DNA of 64,000 nt from Perna viridis (lineage: Eukaryota): positions 24,793,840 through 24,857,839 of the forward strand of contig CM074525.1 in NCBI GenBank assembly GCA_037379345.1, in the 5' to 3' direction. The notes under the pieces are model-generated. The model saw nothing but the letters and a program-made list of their open reading frames with translations, had not been told where the DNA came from and searched no databases. The first letter of the stretch is position 1. The number at the start of each line of letters is the position of its first letter. Of this stretch, positions 1 to 11,279 are shown in pieces. The translations under genes were made by a program, and so were the position numbers.

Positions 1-368
1 TTTGATGACCAACCTACCTTTTTTAGGAAAGTAATCACGTTGATTTGTTTACATAGTAAAGTATAACTTCCGTGTCTTGTCATCAACACTTGACATCATG
101 TGAGATGAATGTATTGTCATGTGACAAAAAACAGTACAGTATACAATCTTACCAACGGTATTCTTAATGAACATACACTTTTGGGTTTTAATGCAAAAAG
201 GGGTGTGTTCGGTTTCTATTAAACAATGCCCTGAAACAAACATTTTTAAATCAATATGATTTCAGCTCATTTAGAAATTATTGCAATGTCTTCATCATTG
301 CGGAATATTTTAAAACCAATACTGCCTCTTTCGATTAGATTTGAATTGTAGTATTGTAGTGTTTTCAT

Positions 369-447
369 ATGTTTTCCATGTCTGGTCTTTGTCCCTGGAT
401 TACATTCCTTAGATTACTGCTATAACCTTGGTTCCCTTGATTACTCT
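369..447 (+). mobile_element. Penelope-like 3' end fragment
   Basis: Near-identical to 14360-14439. Confidence 0.8.
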
Positions 448-1200
448 TTTACACTTTTGACTTATAGAAGTTCTACAACATTTTCCCAAATTAAACATGT
501 GCTTTTGTGTTAAATGACATTTTATTTTAAAATGTTATACTTTACATTGTAAACAAATTATGTATAAAAACGGACGTACATAAGAACAAATGCTGAAACT
601 ATATAGCATAAATATTTTCATTTACTAAGACAAATTACCATTACTCATTTTGTAAAATTACTCCTTATGTAACAACCTTTATTGAGTGTTTCGGTAAAAG
701 AAACAAAATAATTAGCTCCATGTGCTTTTGGTGTATGTGCGCACACTCCAATATTAGGCTTTTGTTTTGTAAATTAGACTATCAGATAACATGCTTAAAA
801 TAGAAAGACAAACAGTTTTTTTTAATTTCTTCACTAACAAAACTTGTATCATTATACAACGAAATGGAATAGCTTTACATTTTGCATTAGTTTAGGAACC
901 AATAAAGTGTAAGTATGTGTAAGAATGCGGTAAAATGGGAAAAATCAGAAACATGCATGTCAAAAACCCACCGATCTGTCACATTTTCTCTATATGAAAA
1001 GACCATTATTTGATTTCTGCATCACTGGCTTTGCTCAGAAATTTTTCGATAGAATGTTAGTTAAAATGAAGTTTTTGACAGAGTTATCTGCCCTTGAAAT
1101 GTTCAGTTTCAGTGCATTTCAATGGAATTATAACTCAATGCACCAACATGATATGGAAGGTATTGTCTTTTTTCTTGGATCTGATGGTGCAAATAGTCGA

Positions 1201-1515
1201 GGAGTAACCAAGGGAACCAAGATCAAATAGTCAAGGAGGAATCAAGGGAACCAAGGTCAAATAGTCAAGGAGTAATCAAGGGAACCAAGGTCAAATAGTC
1301 AAGGAGTAATCATGGGAACCAAGAGCGGTAACCAAAAGAATGTAATCCAGGAACAAAGACCAGACATGGAAAACAGACATACACAACAAAGAACATACAG
1401 TAACTAAAATCATACATACAAAGTAACAAAAGCAAATGAGCAACTCGGACTCCACTAAAAACTGGGAGCATGAACCAGGTGCACCGGTAGGATAAGCGCC
1501 CTCTGTTTTCTAGAA
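1201..1515 (-). mobile_element. Penelope-like 3' end fragment with tandemly repeated terminus
   Basis: Reverse complement of about 14225-14439; 34-bp terminus-plus-flank unit repeated at 1201-1322. Confidence 0.82.
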
Positions 1516-2123
1516 TCACAAATTACACTATCAAAATAATGGGTGTTTTCATACCATGTTTCACCACTGCCTGATTCTAACAGAGACCACAATTTTGCCT
1601 AAAGACTGTTGAAACCCTAGTTTGCAGTAGTAAACACTTATAAACCGAGAAGCAGTGTGTAAAATGTTTAAATGGTTGTTAATATCTAACAGGTGATTGT
1701 CCAATTATTGATAATTGATTCGTTATCAAAATGCCATTTATTTGGGATTATTCGAATGGCGTAGGGAGGACCCATCGACGTTAATGACGTCAAAGTACAA
1801 AGCCAGGTTAACGAAATAAATAACCTGGTTTGTTAAAAAAAACCAACCAATCCGAAAGTTTCAAACAAATTATATTATTTTTTTCTTTGATAGTTCATCT
1901 CCTTTGCCAGGAGACAAAGATTAAATAAATGAACACGGTATAAAATAAAGATATTTAATGCCTGGTTAATATGGACAATATGTGACATCTGTGTGATTAC
2001 TTTCCATATGATATAGCTCTTCCGGGATCTGCAACATGAACATTAAATATAGCTAGACCATTTTGATATCGTTTAATCGTAACCTAAAACCTCAAAACGA
2101 GGCTTCATCATAAAAAGTTACTT

Positions 2124-2129
2124 TTTATT
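2124..2129 (-). terminator. Polyadenylation signal AATAAA (long isoform)
   Basis: About 47 nt downstream of the stop codon. Confidence 0.55.
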
Positions 2130-2175
2130 TTATACATTATTAGATAAAATGATATATAAGTTCATTTTTAAATTG

Positions 2176-2180
2176 TTAAC
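2176..2180 (-). CDS. Last exon, coding part (completes Ser codon, then TAA)
   Basis: ctctattttgcag acceptor at 2181-82, then GT TAA. Confidence 0.65.
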
Positions 2181-3423
2181 CTGCAAAATAGAGACATGTA
2201 AAGTCAAAAACTTTTACAGTGGGATTAAGATCAGATCTCAAATACAAAAACAACAGTAACTTAACGACAATACAAAAAAAAACTGAAGAAGTGCGTATCT
2301 AATGCATTGTAAAACTATTTCAGGAACTATAATATATACGAGCCGAAAGTGCAAAAACTGTTTTAATTCCAATCCCAAGTGTAACTAGAAAAAAATATTA
2401 GTTAAAATAATGTTACATGTAAGCTGGGAAAGTTTATCGAATTATGGAAACATGCTGCAACGATGGTTTCCTTTCCTTTACCGACAGGTGATTGGAACAT
2501 TCTTTGTATAAATTAAAATTCTAATTTGACGTCTTAATATCGTCAAACAGCATATGTCGGTACAACCCCCACCTTCAGCACATACGCACTGTCTCTTTTC
2601 TTTCGCTGTCGCTTCGAGACAAAACACTCATTTAAAAACGTTTATGCGATAATTTAACAGCTGCGAGGTTATCTAATTGAAATCAATTATATAAATACAC
2701 ACATTTAACACATACGATGACATAAATATTCAAATTTAACCCAACTTCCATACGGGGGAGGTTAAACGGAACAGCCGTTATTTTGGCTACGCCTAGGAAA
2801 AATTTTTTCACAAAAATAACCGTATTTGTCATATTGAAAGAGAAATAATTTTTTCCGAGGGTAGATTCGTCCTCATTTTAACATGTGTTTGTCATTTATA
2901 TTCTCATTTAACACCTCCCTGTCGCTGGGTGTTAAATAATCGATTATAAATGCCGTAAAATGAGTACAAATATACCCCTCCATGAATTATTTCTTAAATC
3001 TACCATATCTTCGTATTACCATTCAGTACCATTTTATTAGATATATAAAACATAGCTATTTGTACACATGCAAAATATGTTTCATGTACAATTCGTGCGA
3101 ATTGAGCTTCTAGTAAAATTCATGAAATCATCGTGATTTTCACGTGAAATTCACTTATGAAATTCACAGAGAATTCATTGACAGATCGATTCTCGTGAAT
3201 TTCACGTGAGCTATGTCAAAAATTGTCTTTGCTCAATTCAGGTGCAAATCATTTGAAATTTTACTAAAATCGTGTGAATAATTTTGCTTATGTATACGAA
3301 TTTTATGAAAATTTTATTTTACGAAAATAACAAACTTATTTTGGCGTAATGTGCAGAATGAGTGAGCGGCTCAGACTACTTGTGACGTAATGTGCAGAAT
3401 GACTTATTATGACGTATACTTAC

Positions 3424-3513
3424 TACTTCGACATTCACAGATTCTACAGTGTGCTACGTCATACTTTACACAAGACGGGTGACAGTTTGGAGGCAAGGGA
3501 CGACATTCAGATC
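3424..3513 (-). CDS. C-terminal variant Cys module exon (SECRPLPPNCHPSCVKYDVAHCRICECRS)
   Basis: ttgccag acceptor, GTAAGT donor, 90 nt; same Cys spacing class as exon 2. Confidence 0.85.
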
Positions 3514-3945
3514 CTGGCAATATTGGAAAAAGAATGTAGATTTAACAGCTAGACTTTGTTAGACATTCAAATTTAATTTCAGATATCATGACACGACCCA
3601 AAATGATAATAAATAAAACATGTCATGCGCTTGAATGAAAAAGGCTTTTAAGTGTATGTATTAAAATCAAAATATGTTTGATACTTTTTCGCATATGTTC
3701 AAATAAATCTTTAAAATGTGTTTACTAAGTTCCCATATTTCTAACATGTTGCTATTTTTATCACATTAATGACGAATTATATTTTCTTTCATAGTGGGCT
3801 GGTGTTTGATTATCAGATGATTATTTCCTTAACATATTGAATGGTGTAAATATCCATATGGATATAGCAAGAGCAAACGAGACATCATCTTTTACAAGCG
3901 GTAACAAAGTTTGATTTTTGATTTGCTAATGGCTTTTCTCTATAC

Positions 3946-4077
3946 CTCCTGTCATCCCCATTCGGCCTCCGCCTCCACCAATACCACCTGACATTCCATC
4001 TCTACCTCCTCCTCCTCCTAGCATGCCACCACCGGAACCAGAATTCATGACTAATGTCCCACCTTTCAATACAAAGT
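3946..4077 (-). CDS. Gly/Met-rich exon (DFVLKGGTLVMNSGSGGGMLGGGGGRDGMSGGIGGGGGRMGMTG)
   Basis: ttctag acceptor, G|GTATAG donor, 132 nt, phase 1-1. Confidence 0.8.
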
Positions 4078-5051
4078 CTAGAATAAATTCCATTTCGTTC
4101 TTTAGGGTGCACTATACAGTTACATTAAGGCGCAGTGTTTCACACACCAAGTTACCCCGGTCAAATTTTGTAAAACTTAAAATTAAAAGTTGAAATTTGG
4201 TGGATATATTGTTTAAATGTAGTTAAGCATTTATACATAGACAGATGTTATATATGTAATGGTAAACAGGTGTAATTTAAAGGAAGAATGATATCCGGAA
4301 CGTTTCAGTCCCCTGCCGTATTACGTTCTCTCCTCAGCATTAGATGGCTGATTTTCAAAATACCTTATTTCGCACGAACTTTGGGAACTAAAATTGTGAG
4401 AGAATGAATCAAAAAGTGTCTTATTATTTTTATCCTTTTTCCAACTACTCCATGCATGCTTTCATTCTATGGTAGTGTCTAAGTGTCTGATATTTTATAA
4501 AACATAGTAATTGGCTGTTAGTTTTGGAAAGGCACCCCTGATTTGTACTAAAACTCAGTAATATTTTTTCAGTATGTTACCATGGCTTCTGGATTTTATG
4601 ACAATAATCACTAAATTACTTATAAATGACTTGAATCTCCACACACCAAGGATTTAAAAAATATGCACTTTTTTTATGACAAAACAATAGAAATTTCTGT
4701 GCAGACTGCCTCAAAACAGCTTTATTTCAACAAAATGAGACCAAATTTTAAGAAATGACCAAACTGTATTGTACTACCTTAAGAAATCAACGTTTTTCGG
4801 TACGTTTATGATTACAAGCAATTATTTGAATAAAGAAACTCTCGAATTAAAAAAAAAATTAAAGGTCAAGGTTCACAAGGAAACAAAGTCACTACAAATA
4901 AGAAGATTATTAGCTACAATTCTTAGGGTTTTCAATTGTCTGGAATTTTGACATTCAGGTAATCGAAAAAAAAATCGGAACTACCTCAAGGTTATTAATC
5001 CTATTAAAATGTGCTCCTGCAAAGCAACAAAGCGTACGAATGTTCACTTAC

Positions 5052-5075
5052 CTGCTAGTTGAATAGTGATTACCT
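5052..5075 (-). CDS. Candidate 24-nt micro-exon (EVITIQLA)
   Basis: tttag acceptor, perfect CAG|GTAAGT donor, symmetric phase 1-1, open frame. Confidence 0.45.
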
Positions 5076-5639
5076 CTAAATCAATGGGGCATGAGGTAGT
5101 GGGGTATGGGGTACGAGAAATTTGGAATCGGAACTATTCGGAAATATCGTTGATAATAAACAAACTTTAAGGTTTCACTATACATGTATTTTCTTAATGT
5201 AAAATAATGCATTAGAAACATATTATAGATTAGTTTCGTAACATCTATCACCCATATTTGCTACTTTTCTGGTGATGTTGAACAATAATAGTGAATATGG
5301 CATTAGAAACGGAACATTGAGATGAGGACATATGAGACAGGGTGAATAGGACATGGGGAAACGGGTCATTGAGAATGGTTATTGGGAGGAAGCACAGGAA
5401 ATTGGTAATTGGAAATGGTACAAGGGAGTGAAAACATGAGGAATGAGGCATTGGACATTAGACATTGGGATTTGGACAATGGGAATGTGTCATTGGAGGG
5501 GCATTTTAAATTGACATGGAGAATGAAGCATGGACATTGGATCAATTAGGTAGAGCTGAGGTATTGGGGATGGGGAACTTTGAAGTTTTCCACATAGAAG
5601 AGGTGTGACTGATTGAGGTTAAACCGAAAATATTGTTAC

Positions 5640-5915
5640 CTGATGTTCCGCATTCATGGCACTCTTCTTTAGCAGGCTGAACGACCTTCACTGGCTGGAC
5701 GACCTTGATAGTCTCACAGTTATGACACGACTCTTTTTGTTGAACTACAACCACAGGTTTCTTAACCTCACATGTGTTACACTCCTGAGAGCATCGACAA
5801 CTAGGACAACCATTATGGTCCTTGTTACCAAGGATATAACCATGCTCGCACGTAGCCATACAAGAAATGGTGACGTCACAACTTCGGGAGCTATGGCAAG
5901 TATCACATGTCTCTT
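5640..5915 (-). CDS. Exon, antistasin-like module plus CxxC-containing Val/Gln/Lys spacers
   Basis: CDVTISCMATCEHGYILGNKDHNGCPSCRC; G|GTAACA donor; 276 nt; overlaps ORF 5542..5859. Confidence 0.88.
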
Positions 5916-6059
5916 CTATACAGCAAAATATATGGGAAAAAACTTTATCGAATATTCAAGTGATAGCAACGATTAAATGCGGTAATATAGAAAATAGAAA
6001 AGATTATACTGGTCTGACCACACAAAAAATTGTTACCATGTACGCATCGCAATTTTATA

Positions 6060-6121
6060 AGAGTAATCAAGGAAACCAAGGTTATAGCGGTAATCAAAAG
6101 AATGTAATCCAGGAACAAAGA
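6060..6121 (-). mobile_element. Penelope-like 3' end fragment
   Basis: gagtaatcaaggaaaccaaggttatagcggtaatcaaaagaatgtaatcc. Confidence 0.75.
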
Positions 6122-6458
6122 TTAGTTCTTGACAACGTAGTTAAGGTTCACACACAAGTCCTCTCCATGGGAATATATTTCTGCATGATTCAGGGTATTA
6201 AACTCATATATGGAGACAAAAAGAAAAATTCGGGTTTTTTTTTTTTTACCGATAAATGTGTTTTATGTAGGGTAATCTGTTATTAGTTTCCGTTTATCAT
6301 TTTATACGATAGTCGCCCTTGCAATTTGTATTTAAAATGATGTGTTGTCCAAATAAATCTTTTTTTTTTACTAGAAAAATCGTTAAACTCTAATGCATAA
6401 AGAAAATATTTATTTTCAAAGCATACAACCGAGAAAAAAACAGGAAATATATATATAC

Positions 6459-6635
6459 TCTGAACCCTTGCGCATGTGCATGCTGGACAGCCGTCATGAC
6501 CTGCACTACCAAGCGTATATCCCTCTTTACATGACGTCATACAGTTGAAAGTTGAAGGACACTGTTTTAAGATGGTAACGGCCTCAGTTTTGGCGGGATG
6601 TTTGATCGGTTCTGTTACAATGACCGGCTTTTGTT
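6459..6635 (-). CDS. Exon, antistasin-like module (CPSTFNCMTSCKEGYTLGSAGHDGCPACTC)
   Basis: cttttccag acceptor, A|GTATAT donor (weak), 177 nt, phase 1-1; overlaps ORF 6283..6540. Confidence 0.85.
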
Positions 6636-6947
6636 CTGGAAAAGTCGAAATAAAAAGCGAATGACGTTAACATAGGTAATCTCTATTGGGTAATTTCTAA
6701 AAGAATGGAAATTATTAAAACCAATACTGAGGCCTCGTGAAGTATGATATTCAATACAAATACTGATGTGTCTGTATGCATCATTAAGTATTTCAATGTA
6801 GGGCCTCGACAACAACTGTATAACGCCATACAAATAGCAAGCGATGGTTACAAATGACACGAAAATAATGAGTATGATGAAACAATAGCTTGAAATTCAA
6901 GGGGAAATAACTACAAATAATGCATAATAAGAAATCATATGTATGAA

Positions 6948-6953
6948 TTTATT
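6948..6953 (-). terminator. Polyadenylation signal AATAAA (short isoform)
   Basis: About 20 nt downstream of the TGA of exon 6974..7092. Confidence 0.55.
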
Positions 6954-6973
6954 AAGTATCAATGTCACGTTGT

Positions 6974-7092
6974 TCATTCAGAAGTTTTGAGACAGTCACA
7001 TTTGGGACATCCATCAGAACCCCGGATGTAAGCCGACTTACAGACATCAGAACAAGCAAATGTCCCCATACAATCAGCCGGTGAGGTAGTTA
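6974..7092 (-). CDS. Alternative terminal exon, antistasin-like module (CMGTFACSDVCKSAYIRGSDGCPKCDCLKTSE*)
   Basis: Strong cttttttcag acceptor, in-frame TGA at 6974-6976, AATAAA at 6948-6953. Confidence 0.75.
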
Positions 7093-7407
7093 CTGAAAAA
7101 AGAAGGCAATATTCTTATACAAGCAGACGTCGATTTAGCGCAAAAAAACTGAGTGATCTCAAGTCAATTGAGAATCAAATCAATATGTATGCGATGTTAG
7201 TAATTTGCGGTTGTCAGTTAAAATTATTAAGATATTACAATGTTTAATCCTGCCTTGATATTAAGATTAGTTTCCAATTTTAAACAACAGTAGAGATATG
7301 CTTCCAAGTTTCAATTTTATGAACATCACATATCCATGAATGGTATAGATATTCCAACTTACTACCTATTTTTGACTTCTATGTGCAACAATATAACAAC
7401 GAAGGAA

Positions 7408-8820
7408 AGGTCCTGTGATGTAGCCATGCAGGAATGAAAACTTACCGTAACCTCCAGCACAGTTACAGGAAGGACACCCGTCAGGTCCTAGGATGTAGCC
7501 ATGTGGGGATGAAAACTTACCGTAACCTCCAGCACAGTTACAGGAAGGACACCCGTCAGGTCTTGTGATGTAGCCATGGGGGGGGGTGAAAACTTACCGC
7601 AACCTCCAGCACAGTTACAGGAAGGACACCCGTCAGGTCCTAGGATGTAGCCATGCGGGAAATGAAAACTTACCGTAACCTCCAGCACAGTTACAGGAAC
7701 GACTCCCGTCAGGTCTTGTGATGTAGCCATGCGGGGGTGAAAACTTACCGCAACCTCCAGCACAGTTACAGGAAGGACACCCGTCAGGTCCTAGGATGTA
7801 GCCATGCGGGGATGAAAACTTACCGTAACCTCCAGCAGTTCCAGGAAGGACACGTCAGGTCCTAGGATGTAGCCATGCGGGGATGAAAACTTACCGTAAC
7901 CTCCAGCAGTTCCAGGAAGGACACGTCAGGTCCTAGGATGTAGCCATGCGGGGATGAAAACTTACCGTAACCTCCAGCACAGTTACAGGAAGGACACCCG
8001 TCAGGTCCTGGGATGTAACCATGCGGGGATGAAAACTTACCGTAACCTCTAGCAGTTACAGGAACGACTCCCGTCAGGTTCTGAGATGTAGCCATGCGGG
8101 GATGAAAACTTACCGTAACCTCCAGCACAGTTACAGGAAGGACACCCGTCAGGTCCTGTGATGTAGTCATGCGGGAATGAAAACTTACCGTAACCTCCAG
8201 CAGTTACAGGAAGGACACCCGTCAGGTCCTGAGATGTGGCCATCGACAAATGAAAACGCCGTAACCTCCAGCAGTTACAGAAAGAACACATCAGGTCCTA
8301 GGATGTAGCCATAGGGGATGAAAACTTACCGTAACCTCCAGCAGTTCCAGGAAGGACACCCGTCAGGTCCTGGGATGTAGCCAAGCGTGGATGAAAACTT
8401 ACCGTAACCTCCTGCACAGTTACAGGAAGGACACCCGTCAGGTCCTGAGATATGGCCATCGGGAAATGAAAACTTACCGTAACCTCCAGCAGTTCCAGGA
8501 AGGACACGTCAGGTCCTAGGATGTAGCCATCGGGGATGAAAACTTACCGTAACCTCCAGCACAGTTACAGGAAGGACACCCGTCAGGTCCTGAGATGTGG
8601 CCATCGGGAAATGAAAACTTACCGTAACCTCCAGCAGTTACAGGAAGGACACGTCAGGTCCTAGTATGTAGCCATCGGGGATGAAAACTTACCGTAACCT
8701 CCAGCAGTTCCAGGAAGGACACCCGTCAGGTCCTAGGATGTAGCCATCGGGGATGAAAACTTACCGTAACCTCCAGCACAGTTACAGGAAGGACACCCGT
8801 CAGGTCCTGGAATGTAGCCA
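7408..8820 (-). repeat. Minisatellite, about 70-76 bp x about 19, made of the exon 11 3' end plus its splice donor
   Basis: Unit GGCTACATCCTAGGACCTGACGGGTGTCCTTCCTGTAACTGTGCTGGAGGTTACG|GTAAGTTTTCATCCCCGCAT. Confidence 0.95.
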
Positions 8821-8881
8821 ACGGAGCATTCATGTGGACAATAAAATGTGGTAGAACACGCCATTACATGTGAATGTTGGC
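8765..8881 (-). CDS. Exon 11, antistasin-like module (CSTTFYCPHECSVGYIPGPDGCPSCNC)
   Basis: tttttacag acceptor, G|GTAAGT donor, 117 nt. Confidence 0.88.
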
Positions 8882-9377
8882 CTGTAAAAAGTTAAGCACG
8901 GGTGAATATTGGCCTATTTACAGTTAAGCATGTGTAAATTTTGGCCTTAATAATTGTCCTAATCAGTTTTCCTTAATAACTCCACTTTCATACGAATATC
9001 ATATTTTGAAACAAATTGCGTTATGTGAAAAGTAAGTCAGAGTCAAAACTCCATCAAAAAGATGATATTCTTCATGCCCGCTAAATATAACGTGATATAT
9101 TTCTAGATATTTATACCATTACCTTCAATCTACAATTAATGTGTAGTGGGTCTAGATATTTATGAAAGGTGAAACTTCGGTCCAGCAATATGCTATCATG
9201 TCTCATTTTTGCACAAACTTTTCACGATATCCTAAAATCTTCCAACAAAGGGAGACGGCCTAATGCTTGGGTCCCTCCTTGGGTCAGCCACTGATTATAC
9301 ATCAGTTATTTTTTTCTTGATTAAAAAGATAACAATACAGAAAAAGACTATAGAGGAAACCTTTATGGTAACCTTAC

Positions 9378-11030
9378 CATAGTTGTTTCCGGCTGCTGAA
9401 TGTGCACCTCCACTTGTCGGTGGAGTTGATGTTACCAGTGGTAACTGTTGACCAGAACTCTGTTTCCCTGTGGTCGGTTGACCAATGGCTGAAAATGGCC
9501 CCTGACCTTGACCTTTCCCAACTTGACCTTGACCAAAAATCTGGTTTTGATGAGGCAAACCTTGCATCGTTTCTCCTTTAGCACCAAGACATGAACATGA
9601 TGGACATCCCTTCTCGTCTGCCTCTTTTAGCTGATAACCCATTGGGCATTGCCCCATGCAATGCATTGTTTCTGGACAATTCTTGATAATAAAAGAAGGA
9701 TCTACATTTGCGTTGTTCTGAAGACCTAATAAACCAGTACCATGCACTGGGTTTATTGGTCCCTGACCTCCCCCTGTTGTTGGTCCGTGACCGCCCTGCA
9801 TTGAAGTAAAAGGTCCCTGACTGGATCCCGTTTGTGGTCCTTGACCGCCTTGTATTGAAGTAAACTGTCCCTGATTAGATCCTGTCTGTGATCCATGGCC
9901 GCCCTGAATTGCAGTAAATGGTCCCTGACTGGACTGCGTTTGTGGTCCGTGACTGCCCTGCATTGTGCTATATGGTCCTTGGTTGGTACTAAATGGGCCA
10001 TGACTACCTACAGTTTGAGAACTCTGCCCAACTTGTATTTGACCACTGCCGTTGGACATTCCTTGACCACCAATGTTAGAAGTGCCGGTTGTTCCAGCAA
10101 ATGGTCCTTTTCCGGAACTGTCTCCTGTTTGAGCAAAAGGACCTTGTCCAGTACTTCCACTCGCTGCTTGTGAATAAGGGCTTGGTTTAAACCCATCATT
10201 GGTAAAGAACCCGTATCCAGAGGCTTGAAACGGTCCCGTACCAGTCGTGTTCATACCAGCTACCGGACCTTGATTGGTCAAAATATTTCCAAATGACTGT
10301 GACACTGTACCAGAACCCATCCCACTCTGTGTAATTCCGGTACCAGAATTTGATTGTGATATACTTAGTCCCGAATTTTGCCCTCCAGTATTAACTAGAT
10401 TGTTATTTTGCTGTACCTCAGTCTGTCCACTTCCTGTTCCTGTACTTGTCATTCCTCCTCCGTAAGAATTAGGATTAAAAGGACCACTTCCGGCCATACC
10501 TTGTCCGTTCCCAGCTCCACCTGAACCCTGGCCTGCATTTCCAAAAGAATTAGGGTTAAAAGGACCACTTCCGGCCATACCCTGTCCGTTAACGACTCCA
10601 CCTGAACTGTGTCCTTTACCACTGTATGTGTTCGGGTTAAAGGGTCCGCTCCCGCCCATTGAGTTGAATGGACCTTGACCGATGCTTCCCAATGGTCCCT
10701 GGACTTTTCCTGATGAACTCTGACCCCCTCCAAAACCTTGTCCAACACTTCCCAAAGGGTGTTGGCTAAATCCGCTATTTATAAAACCTCCACCCTGTCC
10801 CGCGGTCATTCCAACAGATTGTCCTCCATTTACCATGGCCTCTGGGCTGTTGTTTGAAGTTGACCCAGATGAACTACAGTCATGACAGGAACCGGTAGTG
10901 TGTGTAGTAAACTGTATATTTGGTTGAACTTTAGTTTCGCAGTTACCGTTACACGTTTTAGTATTAGAATGAACAACAACATAATTGCTACCCGTATTGG
11001 CGTTATTACAGCCGTTGCTACACTTCTGGT
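9378..11030 (-). CDS. Exon 10, large G/Q/S/P-rich low-complexity exon with one antistasin-like module (CPETMHCMGQCPMGYQLKEADEKGCPSCSC)
   Basis: Lies within the 591-aa ORF 9295..11070; ttgtag acceptor at 11031-32, G|GTAAGG donor; 1,653 nt, phase 1-1. Confidence 0.92.
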
Positions 11031-11279
11031 CTACAACACATATTGTTACAAAAGTTAAAAGTTGTACCATATAACGTGGTTATAGTGAGCGTTAAAAAAG
11101 CTGAGATTGAGAAGTGACTTTCGCACTTATAAGCAACCTTTTTTACAAGTCATTGAAAAGGGCATGGGCCAAAATAACATGGATGCTATAAGTTTATAAT
11201 AAAAGCATTAAAATGTTAAAAAATTCTCATTAATATTTTATGCTGGTAGGACGAAAGTATAAAAACTAAATAATACATG

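Noticed and set aside
5893-5910. CDTCH as a c-type heme-binding motif
   Set aside because: Single occurrence in a secreted Cys-rich protein; the other CxxC motifs lack the following His
7360-7380. Tiny exon between the array and the terminal exon
   Set aside because: Available donors give phase 2, incompatible with the neighbouring exons
7488-8507. ORFs in the 75-bp array as real coding exons
   Set aside because: Frequent 1-5 bp indels and stops; no acceptors in the units
9295-11070. 591-aa ORF as a stand-alone gene with hydrophobic termini
   Set aside because: Both ends run into introns; strong splice sites at 11030 and 9378 delimit an internal exon, so the apparent C-terminal membrane anchor is intronic
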